Of a stretch of DNA of 64,000 nt, positions 29,062 through 40,000 are shown one piece after another (position 1 is the first letter of the stretch; every line of letters begins with the position of its first letter). A model generated the notes under the pieces. It saw only the letters and a program-made list of their open reading frames with translations. It ran no database searches and was not told the origin of the DNA. The position numbers and the translations under genes were made by a program. Origin of the DNA: a phage; assembly GCA_024613925.1 (NCBI GenBank), contig GCA_024613925.1_4713.1; one strand, written 5' to 3'.

Positions 29062-29474
29062 TACTCAAACTCCTTATTCCAAAACTCGATTAATGAATCG
29101 AGCTGTTCCTTACTGGTTATCTCACCTCCCCTAACAAAATGAAATCGTTCTTGAATGGCGATCTTTTCCAGGATATCGGTAAGCAAATGACGGTGACAGA
29201 AATTTCCTGCAGGACAATAACACCCTAACACCACAACCGGATGGGAGAATAAAGCCAGCCACTCCGATGTATGATCAACAAAGCTTTTGCGCATAAGCGT
29301 GTAATAGCCTGAGGTATATTCATCCTCGGTTAACGTTTTTGATTTGATTCCTGTAACAAGTTCCCACGATGGTGCGAAGAGTGGGTTACCTGTTTTCACC
29401 GTCGTGTCCAGTAGGAACGCTCGTGTGTCTGAAAGCCAACGATATTTGGCTAATTGAAGGGTGTATAAAAACAC
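29061..29474 (-). CDS. hypothetical protein (137 aa) with Cys/His motif GCYCPAGNFCHRH
   Basis: ORF; C-x-C-x5-C-H-x-H cluster. Confidence 0.5.
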   Translation of the reverse strand: MFLYTLQLAKYRWLSDTRAFLLDTTVKTGNPLFAPSWELVTGIKSKTLTEDEYTSGYYTLMRKSFVDHTSEWLALFSHPVVVLGCYCPAGNFCHRHLLTDILEKIAIQERFHFVRGGEITSKEQLDSLIEFWNKEFE

Positions 29475-29577
29475 AGCGCTAACCCCAAAGGATAAAAATA
29501 AAACCTTGACATAACCACCACCGCAACCCCATACAGGGCTACGGTGGGGTCATACAGAGAGACGTGTTAGGTTACAA

Positions 29578-30057
29578 TCAGTCTTTCAGCAGCTCAGCCG
29601 CATACGCACTGATGTTGTCGCGAATATGCTTAACCTGAGTTGTCGGGAAAGATTTCTTATACGCGGTGGTCAGGCGTCCGTAAACCTGTTTCTTCTCGTT
29701 AGAGCCGAAACCAACTTCAGCGCTACGTTGAACCGTTGCGGACACAACGTCTTTGCCCAGCGGCAGGGTTACAGAAACAACGTCAACCTGTTTGTTATCC
29801 GCCATGAACTGCGCGCCAACGCGGCCAACCGCCAGACCGTGAGCCAGACCGATATCGGTGGTCAGTTTCTGTGCTTTTTCCAGGATTTCTTTTTCTTCCG
29901 GCGTTACCAGAGTACCCAGGAAATCACTACCTAACTTCTGGCTACCAGATTCGTCCAGTTTAATACCAGCGGCGATTTTATCAGAAAGAGCCTGAACTTC
30001 CGGACGTACGTTAGAAGTGGTTTCAGTCGCTACGGTGGTTTCTACAGCTTCAGACAT
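29578..30057 (-). CDS. small abundant early protein (159 aa), function unknown
   Basis: GGAG RBS; strong codon bias; early-promoter-like element 120 nt upstream. Confidence 0.55.
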   Translation of the reverse strand: MSEAVETTVATETTSNVRPEVQALSDKIAAGIKLDESGSQKLGSDFLGTLVTPEEKEILEKAQKLTTDIGLAHGLAVGRVGAQFMADNKQVDVVSVTLPLGKDVVSATVQRSAEVGFGSNEKKQVYGRLTTAYKKSFPTTQVKHIRDNISAYAAELLKD

Positions 30058-30176
30058 GTTAATACTCCAATTAGTTTTTTCGATCGATCAAAAGGATAAA
30101 ATCAGAAGATTCTTTCTTCATAGGGAAAACACAAGTCGGTTAAGGTTTACTTCTTAAACTCCTTGCGTTCTATCAG

Positions 30177-30212
30177 TTAGGTAATATAGACCTCAACTTT
30201 TTTCCAATAATG
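30177..30212 (-). promoter_or_regulatory. early-promoter-like element (sense CATTATTGGAAAAAAGTTGAGGTCTATATTACCTAA)
   Basis: Second copy of the 35-nt element; overlaps the last codons of gene 30193-30993. Confidence 0.45.
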
Positions 30213-30993
30213 CCGCAACGTTCCGCGCGAAACGAATTACCTTGTAATTGCGGGTCTGTTTGATATCTTCTTCCCCATCACTGTCACCTTCTGACGGATC
30301 TTCCCACATGAAGTCTTGTTCGTCCGCTTTCTGTAAGTAGCGGTATAACTGCACCATGCTGCGTGCGGTCGGAGAGATAGCGCGAAGCTCATCCAATTCT
30401 TCATCCGTCAACAGAACGTGCGATGAACGCAGCGGCTCCATTGTCGTATTACACAACAGACGAATCAGCAGATCGACGCACGGAATAACAGAACCTGGCG
30501 ATGCGATTTCTGGATGTAACGTATAACCCCAATATACGGTGTTAAAATACGTCAAAACAGCAGGTAGTGACGGATGTTCCATCGCACGGCCAATTTGTTG
30601 TCTTACGATAGATGCACGATCGTTCAACACATCGAAAGTAATCTGCTGCGGTTCCATAACCGCAAGTGAAATACCGTACGCGTCAGCCACGCCCAGGATT
30701 TCATGAAGGGTCGAACGTTCTTCTTCGGCGGATATTGTCCCGATTGCTTTACGCCCTGCAAGGTCAATCAGCATCGGTGAAACAGCTTCTTTAACCGCAT
30801 TAAAAGAAGCCTGGTAAGCGTGTTTGTGAATATACAGTGTCCACGCTAATGCGCGCTCAGCCGCATGAAGCAGATCGACATAAGACAGTTCTTGATGGCA
30901 TGGGCCATACACACTCACAGCAAGCTTGGTGGCTTTCTCAGAGGCTTGCATAATAACATCTGGTGATTTAGGCATATCGCGTTCTTCTTGCAT
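30193..30993 (-). CDS. hypothetical protein (266 aa)
   Basis: ORF; TATG-class motif 85 nt upstream. Confidence 0.5.
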   Translation of the reverse strand: MQEERDMPKSPDVIMQASEKATKLAVSVYGPCHQELSYVDLLHAAERALAWTLYIHKHAYQASFNAVKEAVSPMLIDLAGRKAIGTISAEEERSTLHEILGVADAYGISLAVMEPQQITFDVLNDRASIVRQQIGRAMEHPSLPAVLTYFNTVYWGYTLHPEIASPGSVIPCVDLLIRLLCNTTMEPLRSSHVLLTDEELDELRAISPTARSMVQLYRYLQKADEQDFMWEDPSEGDSDGEEDIKQTRNYKVIRFARNVAALLEKS

Positions 30994-31081
30994 CTTTTTA
31001 AATTCCTACTTAACAATAAAGTTCATATACGGCGTATGTATCCGTAGAATAATGGGTTCTGGTAAGATCTTACATCAAAAT

Positions 31082-31095
31082 GACGGCATAAAAAG
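31082..31095 (-). promoter_or_regulatory. TATG-class promoter-like motif (sense CTTTTTATGCCGTC)
   Basis: Motif family member immediately 3' of hairpin 31098-31123. Confidence 0.4.
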
Positions 31096-31097
31096 TA

Positions 31098-31123
31098 CCT
31101 CCTTACCCACATGGGTAAGGAGG
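31098..31123 (-). terminator. hairpin CCTCCTTACCC-ACAT-GGGTAAGGAGG
   Basis: 11-bp perfect stem followed by T-tract on minus strand. Confidence 0.5.
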
Positions 31124-31275
31124 TTCGTCCATCACGACGAAAGGACGTTATGTGACGCGGTGTCCATAACGGCCCTGGTAGCAGGCATTAAAGATAACAA
31201 AAAGGATGTAAGTTGAGCTAAACCACCTAAATACGGTAACGATTACTTCCGTACACAATATAACGCAACATCTTT

Positions 31276-32085
31276 TTACCAATGATTAAAGCTGCCCGCT
31301 TTAACGACGTCGCAACGCAGATGGTTACGTAACTGATCCAGGAAGACAACCGGACTGTCGCCAGACAACATAGCCAGCGCGTGTTGACCGCCTGAACGAA
31401 CAACAAGCTCATCAACCATTGGTGCTGTAATCGGGAGATCATACGCATCCATGATTGCTTTAGCTTGTTGTTCTACGTCTTTCTGGAACCCTTCCATCGT
31501 CGGAGAGTCATATTTGGTTGCAAACTCGATCCCTGGCAAGTTAACGTAATCATAAGTCATGACGCGGGTCATAACACGACGGCGCTCACGTTGCCAGATC
31601 TGAGGATCGGTTAACGCGCGAACCGAAAAACACACGTTCACCAGCGGCGTTTCAAAATCTTTACGTAATGGATCGCCGTACGGCCCGCAAGGAATAACAT
31701 CCCCCATCACCATCACGACAGGACGCCCACGACGATCACGTCCAGCTTCTTCTAACCAAATCTTAGAAAAACAGTGGCTCACCTTCGTTTCTTCGATTCG
31801 TAATGCTCGCTGCAAAAAGCTGGTTGCATCCTGACCGATCTCTGGTTTAGGGTGACCGTATTCCCCTTTCAACGAACGATTGCGTGCGTTTGTTTGCAAT
31901 AAGCTGTTTTCCAGGAACAACGGTTTCGAACGCTCAAGTTCGTAATACTCTTCGGTATTGTTAAAACAGTTAAATCCGCCTATAACACAGGTGTAGGCAC
32001 CGTCAGCATTAGGACGGATAATACCTTTCTTATTCACACCAAGATAACTGGTGCAAACAAGATTACTAATTGGTGGTTGCATCAT
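31276..32085 (-). CDS. hypothetical protein (269 aa)
   Basis: ORF. Confidence 0.5.
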   Translation of the reverse strand: MMQPPISNLVCTSYLGVNKKGIIRPNADGAYTCVIGGFNCFNNTEEYYELERSKPLFLENSLLQTNARNRSLKGEYGHPKPEIGQDATSFLQRALRIEETKVSHCFSKIWLEEAGRDRRGRPVVMVMGDVIPCGPYGDPLRKDFETPLVNVCFSVRALTDPQIWQRERRRVMTRVMTYDYVNLPGIEFATKYDSPTMEGFQKDVEQQAKAIMDAYDLPITAPMVDELVVRSGGQHALAMLSGDSPVVFLDQLRNHLRCDVVKAGSFNHW

Positions 32086-32164
32086 AACCCCTTTATAAGC
32101 AACTGAGTGAAAAAAGCGTTACATTCCCGCTTTTACGTCAAGAAGGTGACGCGTAAGCGTTATA

Positions 32165-32896
32165 TCACCATTCATACGATCCGGCGCACTGATGCCCCAA
32201 TAGTACCAACGCGTCGTCTTTGGCCGCCAGATATTTTTCTAACGTTATCCGTGAAACAGACACATTAGAGAAATCCATCACCCCTAAGCGATGATCGTAA
32301 TGGTTAATTTGCATCCGGTAATAACCTTTCTTTACCACCAGAAACTCACCTTGACGCAACCATAGCGGAACGTTATCAACCTCCGCATGGATATAAAACA
32401 CCGGACATTCTGTCGTAACGGAGTTTTCCTTCCCATCGCTATCTGTAATCTTCCCTTTGGGAACAGCCGCGATAAAACATTCTCCGATACGCTCGGTTTG
32501 GTACCCGTTTGGATAGCGCGGATCGTGAAATAACCAATGTTCGTCGCTAATATCAACATCGGATAATAACGTACGATGCGGACGTAGGGCGATATCAAAC
32601 GGAACACGATAGATAACGTACCCACCTAACCAATGGGCTAAATGACCACCAGAATAGTACTGCTTGATTGCGGTACTGTATCCGTATATACAACCCATCA
32701 AACTGCTAGATACACAGATCCTTGGAAACGACCCGTCTTCCATACGCAAGGTACGTTGTGGGATACGCGGCATCATCGTTTTCAGTTCGGTATCGGTGCT
32801 AATATGCAATAAACCGAAAGGAAGCGTTTTACTCGGCACCCACGCGCAACGTTCCATAATCGCTCTTGGGACAATAGTCTCGATAGACGATAACAT
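32165..32896 (-). CDS. hypothetical protein (243 aa)
   Basis: ORF. Confidence 0.5.
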   Translation of the reverse strand: MLSSIETIVPRAIMERCAWVPSKTLPFGLLHISTDTELKTMMPRIPQRTLRMEDGSFPRICVSSSLMGCIYGYSTAIKQYYSGGHLAHWLGGYVIYRVPFDIALRPHRTLLSDVDISDEHWLFHDPRYPNGYQTERIGECFIAAVPKGKITDSDGKENSVTTECPVFYIHAEVDNVPLWLRQGEFLVVKKGYYRMQINHYDHRLGVMDFSNVSVSRITLEKYLAAKDDALVLLGHQCAGSYEW

Positions 32897-32897
32897 A

Positions 32898-33608
32898 TCA
32901 CCCCCTCAGAATCGCTTCTGTTTCGCTGATCGTATCCGCAGGATAAACCAAACTACTATCGATTGCGTTATTCACGTAACCACCCATTAAGTTGGTGATG
33001 GTGTTTGTACCACTATCGATAATGTTTCGTAATCCGATATCGATGGCTTTTAAGGTGCTGCGTTCCTCATCCGAAAGCAGACGCCACGCTCGACGACGAT
33101 CGTTGGGGTCACGTGTGGTGATAGACGCCAGAACAGAATAGATGCTGCTGTCTGCGTTCAATTTAACGCCCGCCAATTTCGCTGACGTATAGAGCAGCTG
33201 ATATTTTTCTTTTTCGGTGTACCACCATGGCACCTTACCGAGCGTATAGATCTCGTTATACATCAGCCATGGGAAAGAGTTTCGCATCACGACATCGGTT
33301 GACACCAACACCGTGTCGCCGGGAAGAAACACAAATTCATAAAACGGCTGACCATCCATGGTAATCTCACGGATGTCAGACGGGTCGATATGGAGCTGGG
33401 TCAATGCGTGGCTGACACCATACTGACCATCGGGAAGAATAATCGGGCAGCACGCACAAACCCGGTTCTCACTCCCGATGATAGATAAACCCAATCCCTC
33501 GTAACGGACGGGTGTCAGAATCGAACACCCGCCACGAGTAACAACAGATTTATCTTCTTGTATGTCCCAGTCCGCAAGCACCGCAGCACCGTTGCGGACA
33601 AGCGCCAT
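32898..33608 (-). CDS. hypothetical protein (236 aa)
   Basis: ORF. Confidence 0.5.
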   Translation of the reverse strand: MALVRNGAAVLADWDIQEDKSVVTRGGCSILTPVRYEGLGLSIIGSENRVCACCPIILPDGQYGVSHALTQLHIDPSDIREITMDGQPFYEFVFLPGDTVLVSTDVVMRNSFPWLMYNEIYTLGKVPWWYTEKEKYQLLYTSAKLAGVKLNADSSIYSVLASITTRDPNDRRRAWRLLSDEERSTLKAIDIGLRNIIDSGTNTITNLMGGYVNNAIDSSLVYPADTISETEAILRG

Positions 33609-35132
33609 TTACACCTCGCTAACCTGGATAACGTAAAGCTGTTGGGCCACGTAATCGGTGGTCAGATGCATTGTTGCGATGGTCGCAGCTTCGAATACCG
33701 TGAGTTCAGGACGTTCACGCATAATCAAATCGATCTCGTCGATGAGACGGTTAACGCCTTGAGCGTCTTCGTGATGCATGGTTTTCACGTACAGCGTACG
33801 GAAATACTGCTGGAAGTTAGCTACGTCGGTATCGGTAAGGGTAGCAACTTCACCACGTACGATTTCCATAACCTTCTTACGGGTATCTTCATCGAGGTCC
33901 ACTGTAATCAGGTCAGCAAATACGCCCTGCAATGCCAACGCGTATGCACGTAAACGGTTTGCAGCTTGCTGGCTGGCTTTCATGTTGATGTAGTTACGGT
34001 AATGTTGCATGAAACCAGCACCGTTAGCCAACAGTTCGTCTTTACTGATGAGTTCGCGTTCTAACAGGACAGCTGCGGTCAGTGCTTCCGGCGAACCACC
34101 TTCTTGCAGATAACCCATGTAGACATCTGCGTTAACGAAAATCGTCATCGCTGACGCGTCTTCAGCACGTTGAATCTGAGAAGCTGACGGTGCAGAAAGA
34201 ATCAGTTCACCACGCTCCATACGCAGGATACGATCACGACCGACGCGGGCCATCCCGTTGATCGCCGCAGCACGAGCTTGTTGCATTTTAGCGCGGTAGT
34301 TTTCAAGCATCATGTCGTTGCCGTCCTGGATATCTTCCAGCAGGTTAACGGCCCACATATAGCAGAGGAATGCAGGAGTTGCCGCAGCGCGGGAACCGTG
34401 GAATGCAACATTATCGCTATCCGGATATGTAATCAGATAAGCGGTGTTGTTTGAAGAAGGAGCAGAACCACGGAAGAAATAGTTGTAGATGTCTTCCAGT
34501 GCCTGATCGCTCATCCCTTCCGTCGCTTGCTGCACAAAACGATCCAGGTTTTCATTACCGGTATACAGCAACGTACGCAGCTTATCACCGGTGATAAACG
34601 CAAGCTTTCCGGTTGGGGTGAAATCGTTATTAATCGAAATCAAGCCGTTGAGGTCGTAATCGCTAACTAAGGTCTGGTACTCTTCGGAGTTATAAAACTC
34701 AGGATAGTAACTCAGACTTACTGTCGGGATCAGTTTCGGTGCCAGGATGATCGAATCGATACGTTTTTCCAGTTCCGGGTACAGCGCACGGCATTTCGGC
34801 AGGATGGTATTACGCGCCAACTCTTTGGCATACACCACTTTTTCCACCACGTCTTGAACTGCGGTCTGTAAAACTTCATCGTGGATATAAACCTCGCGTT
34901 CGCTGGCAGGTGCTACAGCGCCATCTTCGGTTTCATCAAGTGTTTCAGCAACAACCATACGTTCAGCACTAAGCTGCACCAACGCATCCGCGTCTTCCGG
35001 TGGCTGGTTCCAATGCATGGTTTCACAAACCGCGGCTAACGGCGTACCTGGAATGGCTGCGACGATTTGGTTACGTTTGATAAACCCTTCGACAATGGGT
35101 TCAACGGCATAAACGGTTTTATTGGTGATCAT
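33609..35132 (-). CDS. hypothetical protein (507 aa)
   Basis: ORF; ATGA coupling with upstream 77-aa ORF. Confidence 0.5.
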   Translation of the reverse strand: MITNKTVYAVEPIVEGFIKRNQIVAAIPGTPLAAVCETMHWNQPPEDADALVQLSAERMVVAETLDETEDGAVAPASEREVYIHDEVLQTAVQDVVEKVVYAKELARNTILPKCRALYPELEKRIDSIILAPKLIPTVSLSYYPEFYNSEEYQTLVSDYDLNGLISINNDFTPTGKLAFITGDKLRTLLYTGNENLDRFVQQATEGMSDQALEDIYNYFFRGSAPSSNNTAYLITYPDSDNVAFHGSRAAATPAFLCYMWAVNLLEDIQDGNDMMLENYRAKMQQARAAAINGMARVGRDRILRMERGELILSAPSASQIQRAEDASAMTIFVNADVYMGYLQEGGSPEALTAAVLLERELISKDELLANGAGFMQHYRNYINMKASQQAANRLRAYALALQGVFADLITVDLDEDTRKKVMEIVRGEVATLTDTDVANFQQYFRTLYVKTMHHEDAQGVNRLIDEIDLIMRERPELTVFEAATIATMHLTTDYVAQQLYVIQVSEV

Positions 35133-35365
35133 TACTGCGCTCCCTCCAACGCATTACTACCTACGGGTTCTTTGGTTTCCAGACGGCTGTTTAAGCGCGC
35201 AGCAACCGCATCTTCCAATCCCAACGGCATAACCTTTTTGTTCACGTCAGGATCGGCGGCATCATTACCAACGGTTTGACGTACGACCTCAGCAACCAAC
35301 GTTACCGCGTTCGTCAGCGCAACAAAGCTCGCTGCCCGAGCTGTGTTAAGTTGTTCTTGGTTCAT
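35132..35365 (-). CDS. hypothetical small protein (77 aa)
   Basis: ORF with AAGGAAAA RBS. Confidence 0.4.
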   Translation of the reverse strand: MNQEQLNTARAASFVALTNAVTLVAEVVRQTVGNDAADPDVNKKVMPLGLEDAVAARLNSRLETKEPVGSNALEGAQ

Positions 35366-35466
35366 TCACTTTTCCTTTTAATGTCAGAGCATCGCATTCT
35401 TGACGTACGTCAAGAAGGTATTGCGTTCAGCGAAATAAACGAGCAGGGGCATGAAGCCCCTTGCTC

Positions 35467-36597
35467 TTATTTAGCGTCGTTAAAGTAAATATCAACAGCT
35501 CGTTCCGTTGCGTAGAGGAGACCAAGATTCACAGTCCCAACCACTTCCGGTGAACCGATGATACGGTTAGCGATACTGGTGCCACTGAAGATAGCATCAA
35601 GGGTGTGCCCGTCTTCGGTTTTGTTCACACCATGACCCACGGAAGAGACAACGGATTTCGCTTGTGCTGCGAAGGTACCTTTATCACCCATCCCCGCACC
35701 AAGGTCGTAACGCATGAAAATACGGATAGCGATCTGGTTCTCGCCTAACGGATTGCCGTCTATTCTCACGTTACTATTGTTGATACGCCCTGTTGCTGCC
35801 TCGTTGAGTTTCAGTTCCTTAACGCGTTTAGCTCGCGCTTTATCCGCTTCACCGACGAGCGCCGCCATGGTTTCACTCATATCCTCAATCTGAGCACGGT
35901 ACAGTACATCGATCTGTACAACTTCACCATGAACGTCAGCACGTGGGTTATACTGACTCATACGACGTAATGCTTCAACGGCTTCCTGACTCTCATCACT
36001 CAGATCGGTTGCAATCGGTTCTTCCAGTGTTGCAAGAATCGTTCGTGGTTCAACGTGATCACCGATTTTCACAAGACCACGAATATTGAGATGGGCGTCA
36101 ACGATGAGCGTACGGCTCTTAATCGATGGTGTTACGAGACGATCGGCAAGATTGTCGAAGATATACGAACTGTCCTCGTGCGTCTCTGGAATATCCAGAA
36201 TACCGACAAGAGACAGCACACCTGCGCGCCAAACAACCTGGCCTGGGTTCCACCAATCGCGTTTGAAATAAAGACGATGGAAAACCACCACATCCTGATC
36301 CTTAACGCGATCCCCGACTTTATAATCGGTAATGAGATCGTGAGGATAATACTTACCTGGCCCTTTCCCGATTATCGTACCGAGCTGGAAAACCTCTTCC
36401 CCTAACTCTGGATCGTCGTATTGTATCGTAAGCGCAGTTTTGGTGACCTTCTTAACAACACCATCGCCTTGGGCGGCGGCCGCGAAGAGTTTACCAACAC
36501 GATGCGCGATAACAGTCTCACCGCCGGTGCGCCACGGTTGTACATCGTAACCCTCAGCGGCAATCATGCGGTTGTGCTGTATACCTATAAATACCAA
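35467..36597 (-). CDS. RNA polymerase beta-like subunit, downstream exon (catalytic double-psi barrel region); true exon probably begins near 36545
   Basis: GMGDKGTFAAQAKSVVSSV (beta GDKxxxRHGNKG region) and DGHTLDAIFSGTSIANRIIG (beta [21 protein letters not shown]-like); N-terminal TGGETVIAHRVGK...GDGVVKKV resembles beta [14 protein letters not shown]...GGVVQYV; no RBS before the apparent TTG/ATG start. Confidence 0.6.
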   Translation of the reverse strand: MVFIGIQHNRMIAAEGYDVQPWRTGGETVIAHRVGKLFAAAAQGDGVVKKVTKTALTIQYDDPELGEEVFQLGTIIGKGPGKYYPHDLITDYKVGDRVKDQDVVVFHRLYFKRDWWNPGQVVWRAGVLSLVGILDIPETHEDSSYIFDNLADRLVTPSIKSRTLIVDAHLNIRGLVKIGDHVEPRTILATLEEPIATDLSDESQEAVEALRRMSQYNPRADVHGEVVQIDVLYRAQIEDMSETMAALVGEADKARAKRVKELKLNEAATGRINNSNVRIDGNPLGENQIAIRIFMRYDLGAGMGDKGTFAAQAKSVVSSVGHGVNKTEDGHTLDAIFSGTSIANRIIGSPEVVGTVNLGLLYATERAVDIYFNDAK

Positions 36598-37090
36598 TCT
36601 CTTGGGCGAATTTAGTTCTTATTCAACATAATCGTACTATTACCAGAATAAGACTGAGATTAGATTGTTCAGATAAGGTCGTTAATCTTATCCCGGAGGC
36701 GACGATAGGCACATCACCTCCCGCTTGCGCTCTCACGCAAGAGCAGACTATATCACATCTCGTTTCAAACGGTGCTTCTTCAGCACCTCAACGAGAGTTC
36801 ACTTCTTCCCAGCGCATCCAGCGCCATTCTCTTATCCAAGGAGAATGCCTCACTCGAGGGGTACAGGGGGATGAATCCCTTAGTCGTTGAACCTTTACCT
36901 TAGAACGCTTCACAGCGATCCTTAGGTACTTGGCTGCGGATTGTCCTTAAGCTATTATCTGTTTTTATAACCATACCGTCTTTCTTTTCAGAATCCGTTT
37001 TGGTCGATAACAGCGATGGATGTCTTCGCAATTCAGTGAATCTCATCTACATGTCGCCACATAGACGGACCCTGCTATTAAAAGCGTTAA
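36545..37090 (-). ncRNA. group I self-splicing intron (no intron ORF); boundaries approximate
   Basis: On minus strand in order: P-like AATTGCGAAG (37024-37033), Q AATCCGCAGCC (36932-36942), R GTTCAACGACTA (36881-36892), S GATATAGTCTG (36744-36754); flanking ORFs together give a contiguous RNAP beta sequence. Confidence 0.6.
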
Positions 37091-40000
37091 TCATCTCTAT
37101 CAGCAGCAGGTACTGCAAGCGCCGACGTACTCATTATTGACGAGCTACCATCCGTTTTCTCGTCGTAAGGTTTCGTTTCACCGTATACAGACACAATGTT
37201 TGCGTTAGGTGCGAGGTAAGCAGAAATACCTACGTCCCCACTATCCTTCGTACCTTCGGATACAACACCAATGTCCGACTTGTCGTATTCACGATCGCGT
37301 GCGCGTCGAAGCGATGTCTTTGAACGACCCCCGATACCGGTCATCGTCGCTTCTTCACCCTGCTTGATATCCAGCATCGGGTTGGTTTCATCGATTACGA
37401 TGGAAGCGCTGTCGTCGAGAATCTGGTTCCAGACGCTTACCGGACTGATTGAGATTTTCTGGCGGTTTCCTTGACTGCTGTTCTCATTCTGACGAATAGC
37501 GCCAACCAGATCCTTATACACCAACTCAGCGAACTTATCGTACGTTTTAAAACGTTGGTAGTTCACATCGTTCGTGTTAGGTGCCCAATCATCCAGAAGC
37601 AGTTCGACGGCACGCAGTAACAACATGGCGAAATCGGTAGGTTCTCCCATGTTCTGCAGCAACGTACGGCTTACCGGATCAACGAAAAGACGCTCCATGA
37701 GTTCAAGTTCGCGTAAATGGCGAACCTTAAGTCCAGCCCCATCGACAACGTTAAAATAGATATCTCGATTGTCAAAAGCGCCGCGAGCGTAACCAATGTA
37801 GTTACGGTATTCGTTAAACCCACCCAGCAACAACGTCGTCATGCGATCGTCTTTACTGAAGATCAGACTTTCGTCGTCAAAGCTCACCGCGAATTCATCG
37901 GGTGCTAACCCCATACGAGAGCCGCGAGGTACCGTACGATAGTTCGCTTTAAGATGTTCTAATAACGGGGTAAGCCCACCCAGATAACTTAGAACAACAC
38001 CGACCGGAATACGTACACCCATGAATTCAAGATCGGCGGCTTCGATCGGCATCTTAGCCGCATTGATACCGAAGAAATCAGGGAACGTCCCTACAGGTGT
38101 TGGTGTTTGTCCTGACTGACAGATATAGAGCTGATTGCGTTTATCGATTGCTAAGAATTCACCCAGCGTGTTACGCGCAAACGTCAGGAGTCCTTCGGCT
38201 AACTGTTCGTTGAACCGATCTTCCCCAATGAACTCCGGCAATGTCTTTGTATCGAGACGTATATCCCAATCAGCAAATTGGATTTGGGTATAGTTGCGTG
38301 CAAGCACAGCGAAGTAATACGGAACTTTGACAGCTGGATCAAAGACGTTACCACGTTTCAACGTGGTTAAGGGTGAGGACTTATCGTAATACATCGCCGT
38401 AAGTTGACGTGTTAGCCAACGACCCGCATTATTAACGACACGCTCTGAACGTTTAACAAACACCTTACCGTAGGCGGTACTCAACGCAACTTCAGATGAC
38501 GATACCTTTCTAATAGGTTTATCAACACGTTGTTTACGCATCCGGTATTTGATGCCGTTAACGACATAAATGCCGTCCTTACGAACCTTCGGCAACATCA
38601 CCGGGAACGTGGTCGGGACACCGCCTACAGGAGCCAGTTTAATCGTGATGACTTGATAATCCCCCATCACGTCAACAACATCTTCAACTTTATATCCCGT
38701 GACAGGGTAACCTGCCTGCTGTACCGCAACGACGGCAGCTGCGATGTCCTTTTGCATTACGTGTTCAACGTAATGTTTATCCCACACCGCAAGCGTCGAT
38801 TTACACAGGCTCTTATCGACGATAACATCCGCTTCCGGCATAACCTTTGCAGGCGCTAATTTTGCGGCTTTTGGTTTAACTTCAACATACTCAGCAAGTG
38901 TTAATCCAGAACCGTCGGGTGCTTCGATTTCATGGATGGCGTCAGCATTACGCATCGCTGCTTTATATTGGACACCGCTTAACTGACCCGCATCCGCCAG
39001 ATCGCTCGCGCGTACCAACACCGCATCCGATAACGACTGAATATATTCGCCATGCGTTTTCGGTAACGTTGCCGCGTCAAAGACATCAACCTTTTCTTCT
39101 TCGGTATCGTCGGTAACGACTTCGAAGAGATCGTCGGTAATGTCCTGATCTTCATCGGGCTGGAAATCTGGTTGTACTTCTACCCCGGGTACTTCACGGA
39201 CATCTTCGAACGAGCGTTCTACAATGGCGTTCCACGCATCGGCATCATCGTCTTCATCCGACCCACCGACCAACTCCGCTTCTAACTCGTCGGGATCAAG
39301 AACGGTAGCGAGATCCTCACCGTTAGGAAGCACGACGTCGCGATCATCATACTCCGCATCCGGGCTGTCCGCAAGAATATCTCGCTCTTGACGAAGAACC
39401 TGTTCCTCTTCTTGTTTCTGTTCTTCTTCATTCGCGCTCTGCGACCACAGACGTGTTACCGCCATCATCCAACGACGTTGGAAGGTTTCAAGTGTCGTTT
39501 TATCGAGTTCTTCCCCTTCCTTCACAAGTCCGGTACGCCATTCTTCCAGCAGGCCGAGATTCAGCGTAAAGAAGTACACACCGTCTGTAAATACGATGTT
39601 AAGCTTATCCAGCGTGGCTCTGTCTAACGAAGCCATCGTGCTGTTCTCACGATCGGTTCCCAACCAGCGGAAGAAGTCAAAGAACGACAGCTCCTCCGGT
39701 GTGGCGAAATTCATGAGGTTATTACGGGTCGGTGCCTGTTGCGTGGTACGCATCAACGAAATCTTCGGCAATGTTGACGGTATACGGAACAACAAAAAGT
39801 GTTGGCGATCGCTTTGCTGTGCGATTTCGTTGGCTTTCGACCAAATTGTTTTACGTACGTTGAACCATTCATCATACCAACGGGTGAGCGTTGGACGATA
39901 AATGTACATGTGGTTAAGATGCGCGTAGTTAGCAACGATCTGAGCGTTGATGTTTTTCTCCACCGTGCTTAGATCGGTAACCAAACGAAAACGACGATGT

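Noticed and set aside
29061-29474. Assignment of the CYC...CHRH protein to a named DUF family
   Set aside because: I could not recall a family sequence well enough to match it; only the Cys/His motif is reported
33609-35132. 507-aa ORF as a further RNAP beta fragment (ISINNDFTP resembling FIINGTERV)
   Set aside because: A better FIINGTERV-like match exists in the 1069-aa ORF, and gene order would be permuted; left as hypothetical
36598-37086. Intergenic promoter region or small gene between two RNAP genes
   Set aside because: None of the window's promoter motifs is present, no ORF with RBS is present, and the region instead holds the four group I intron core elements in order
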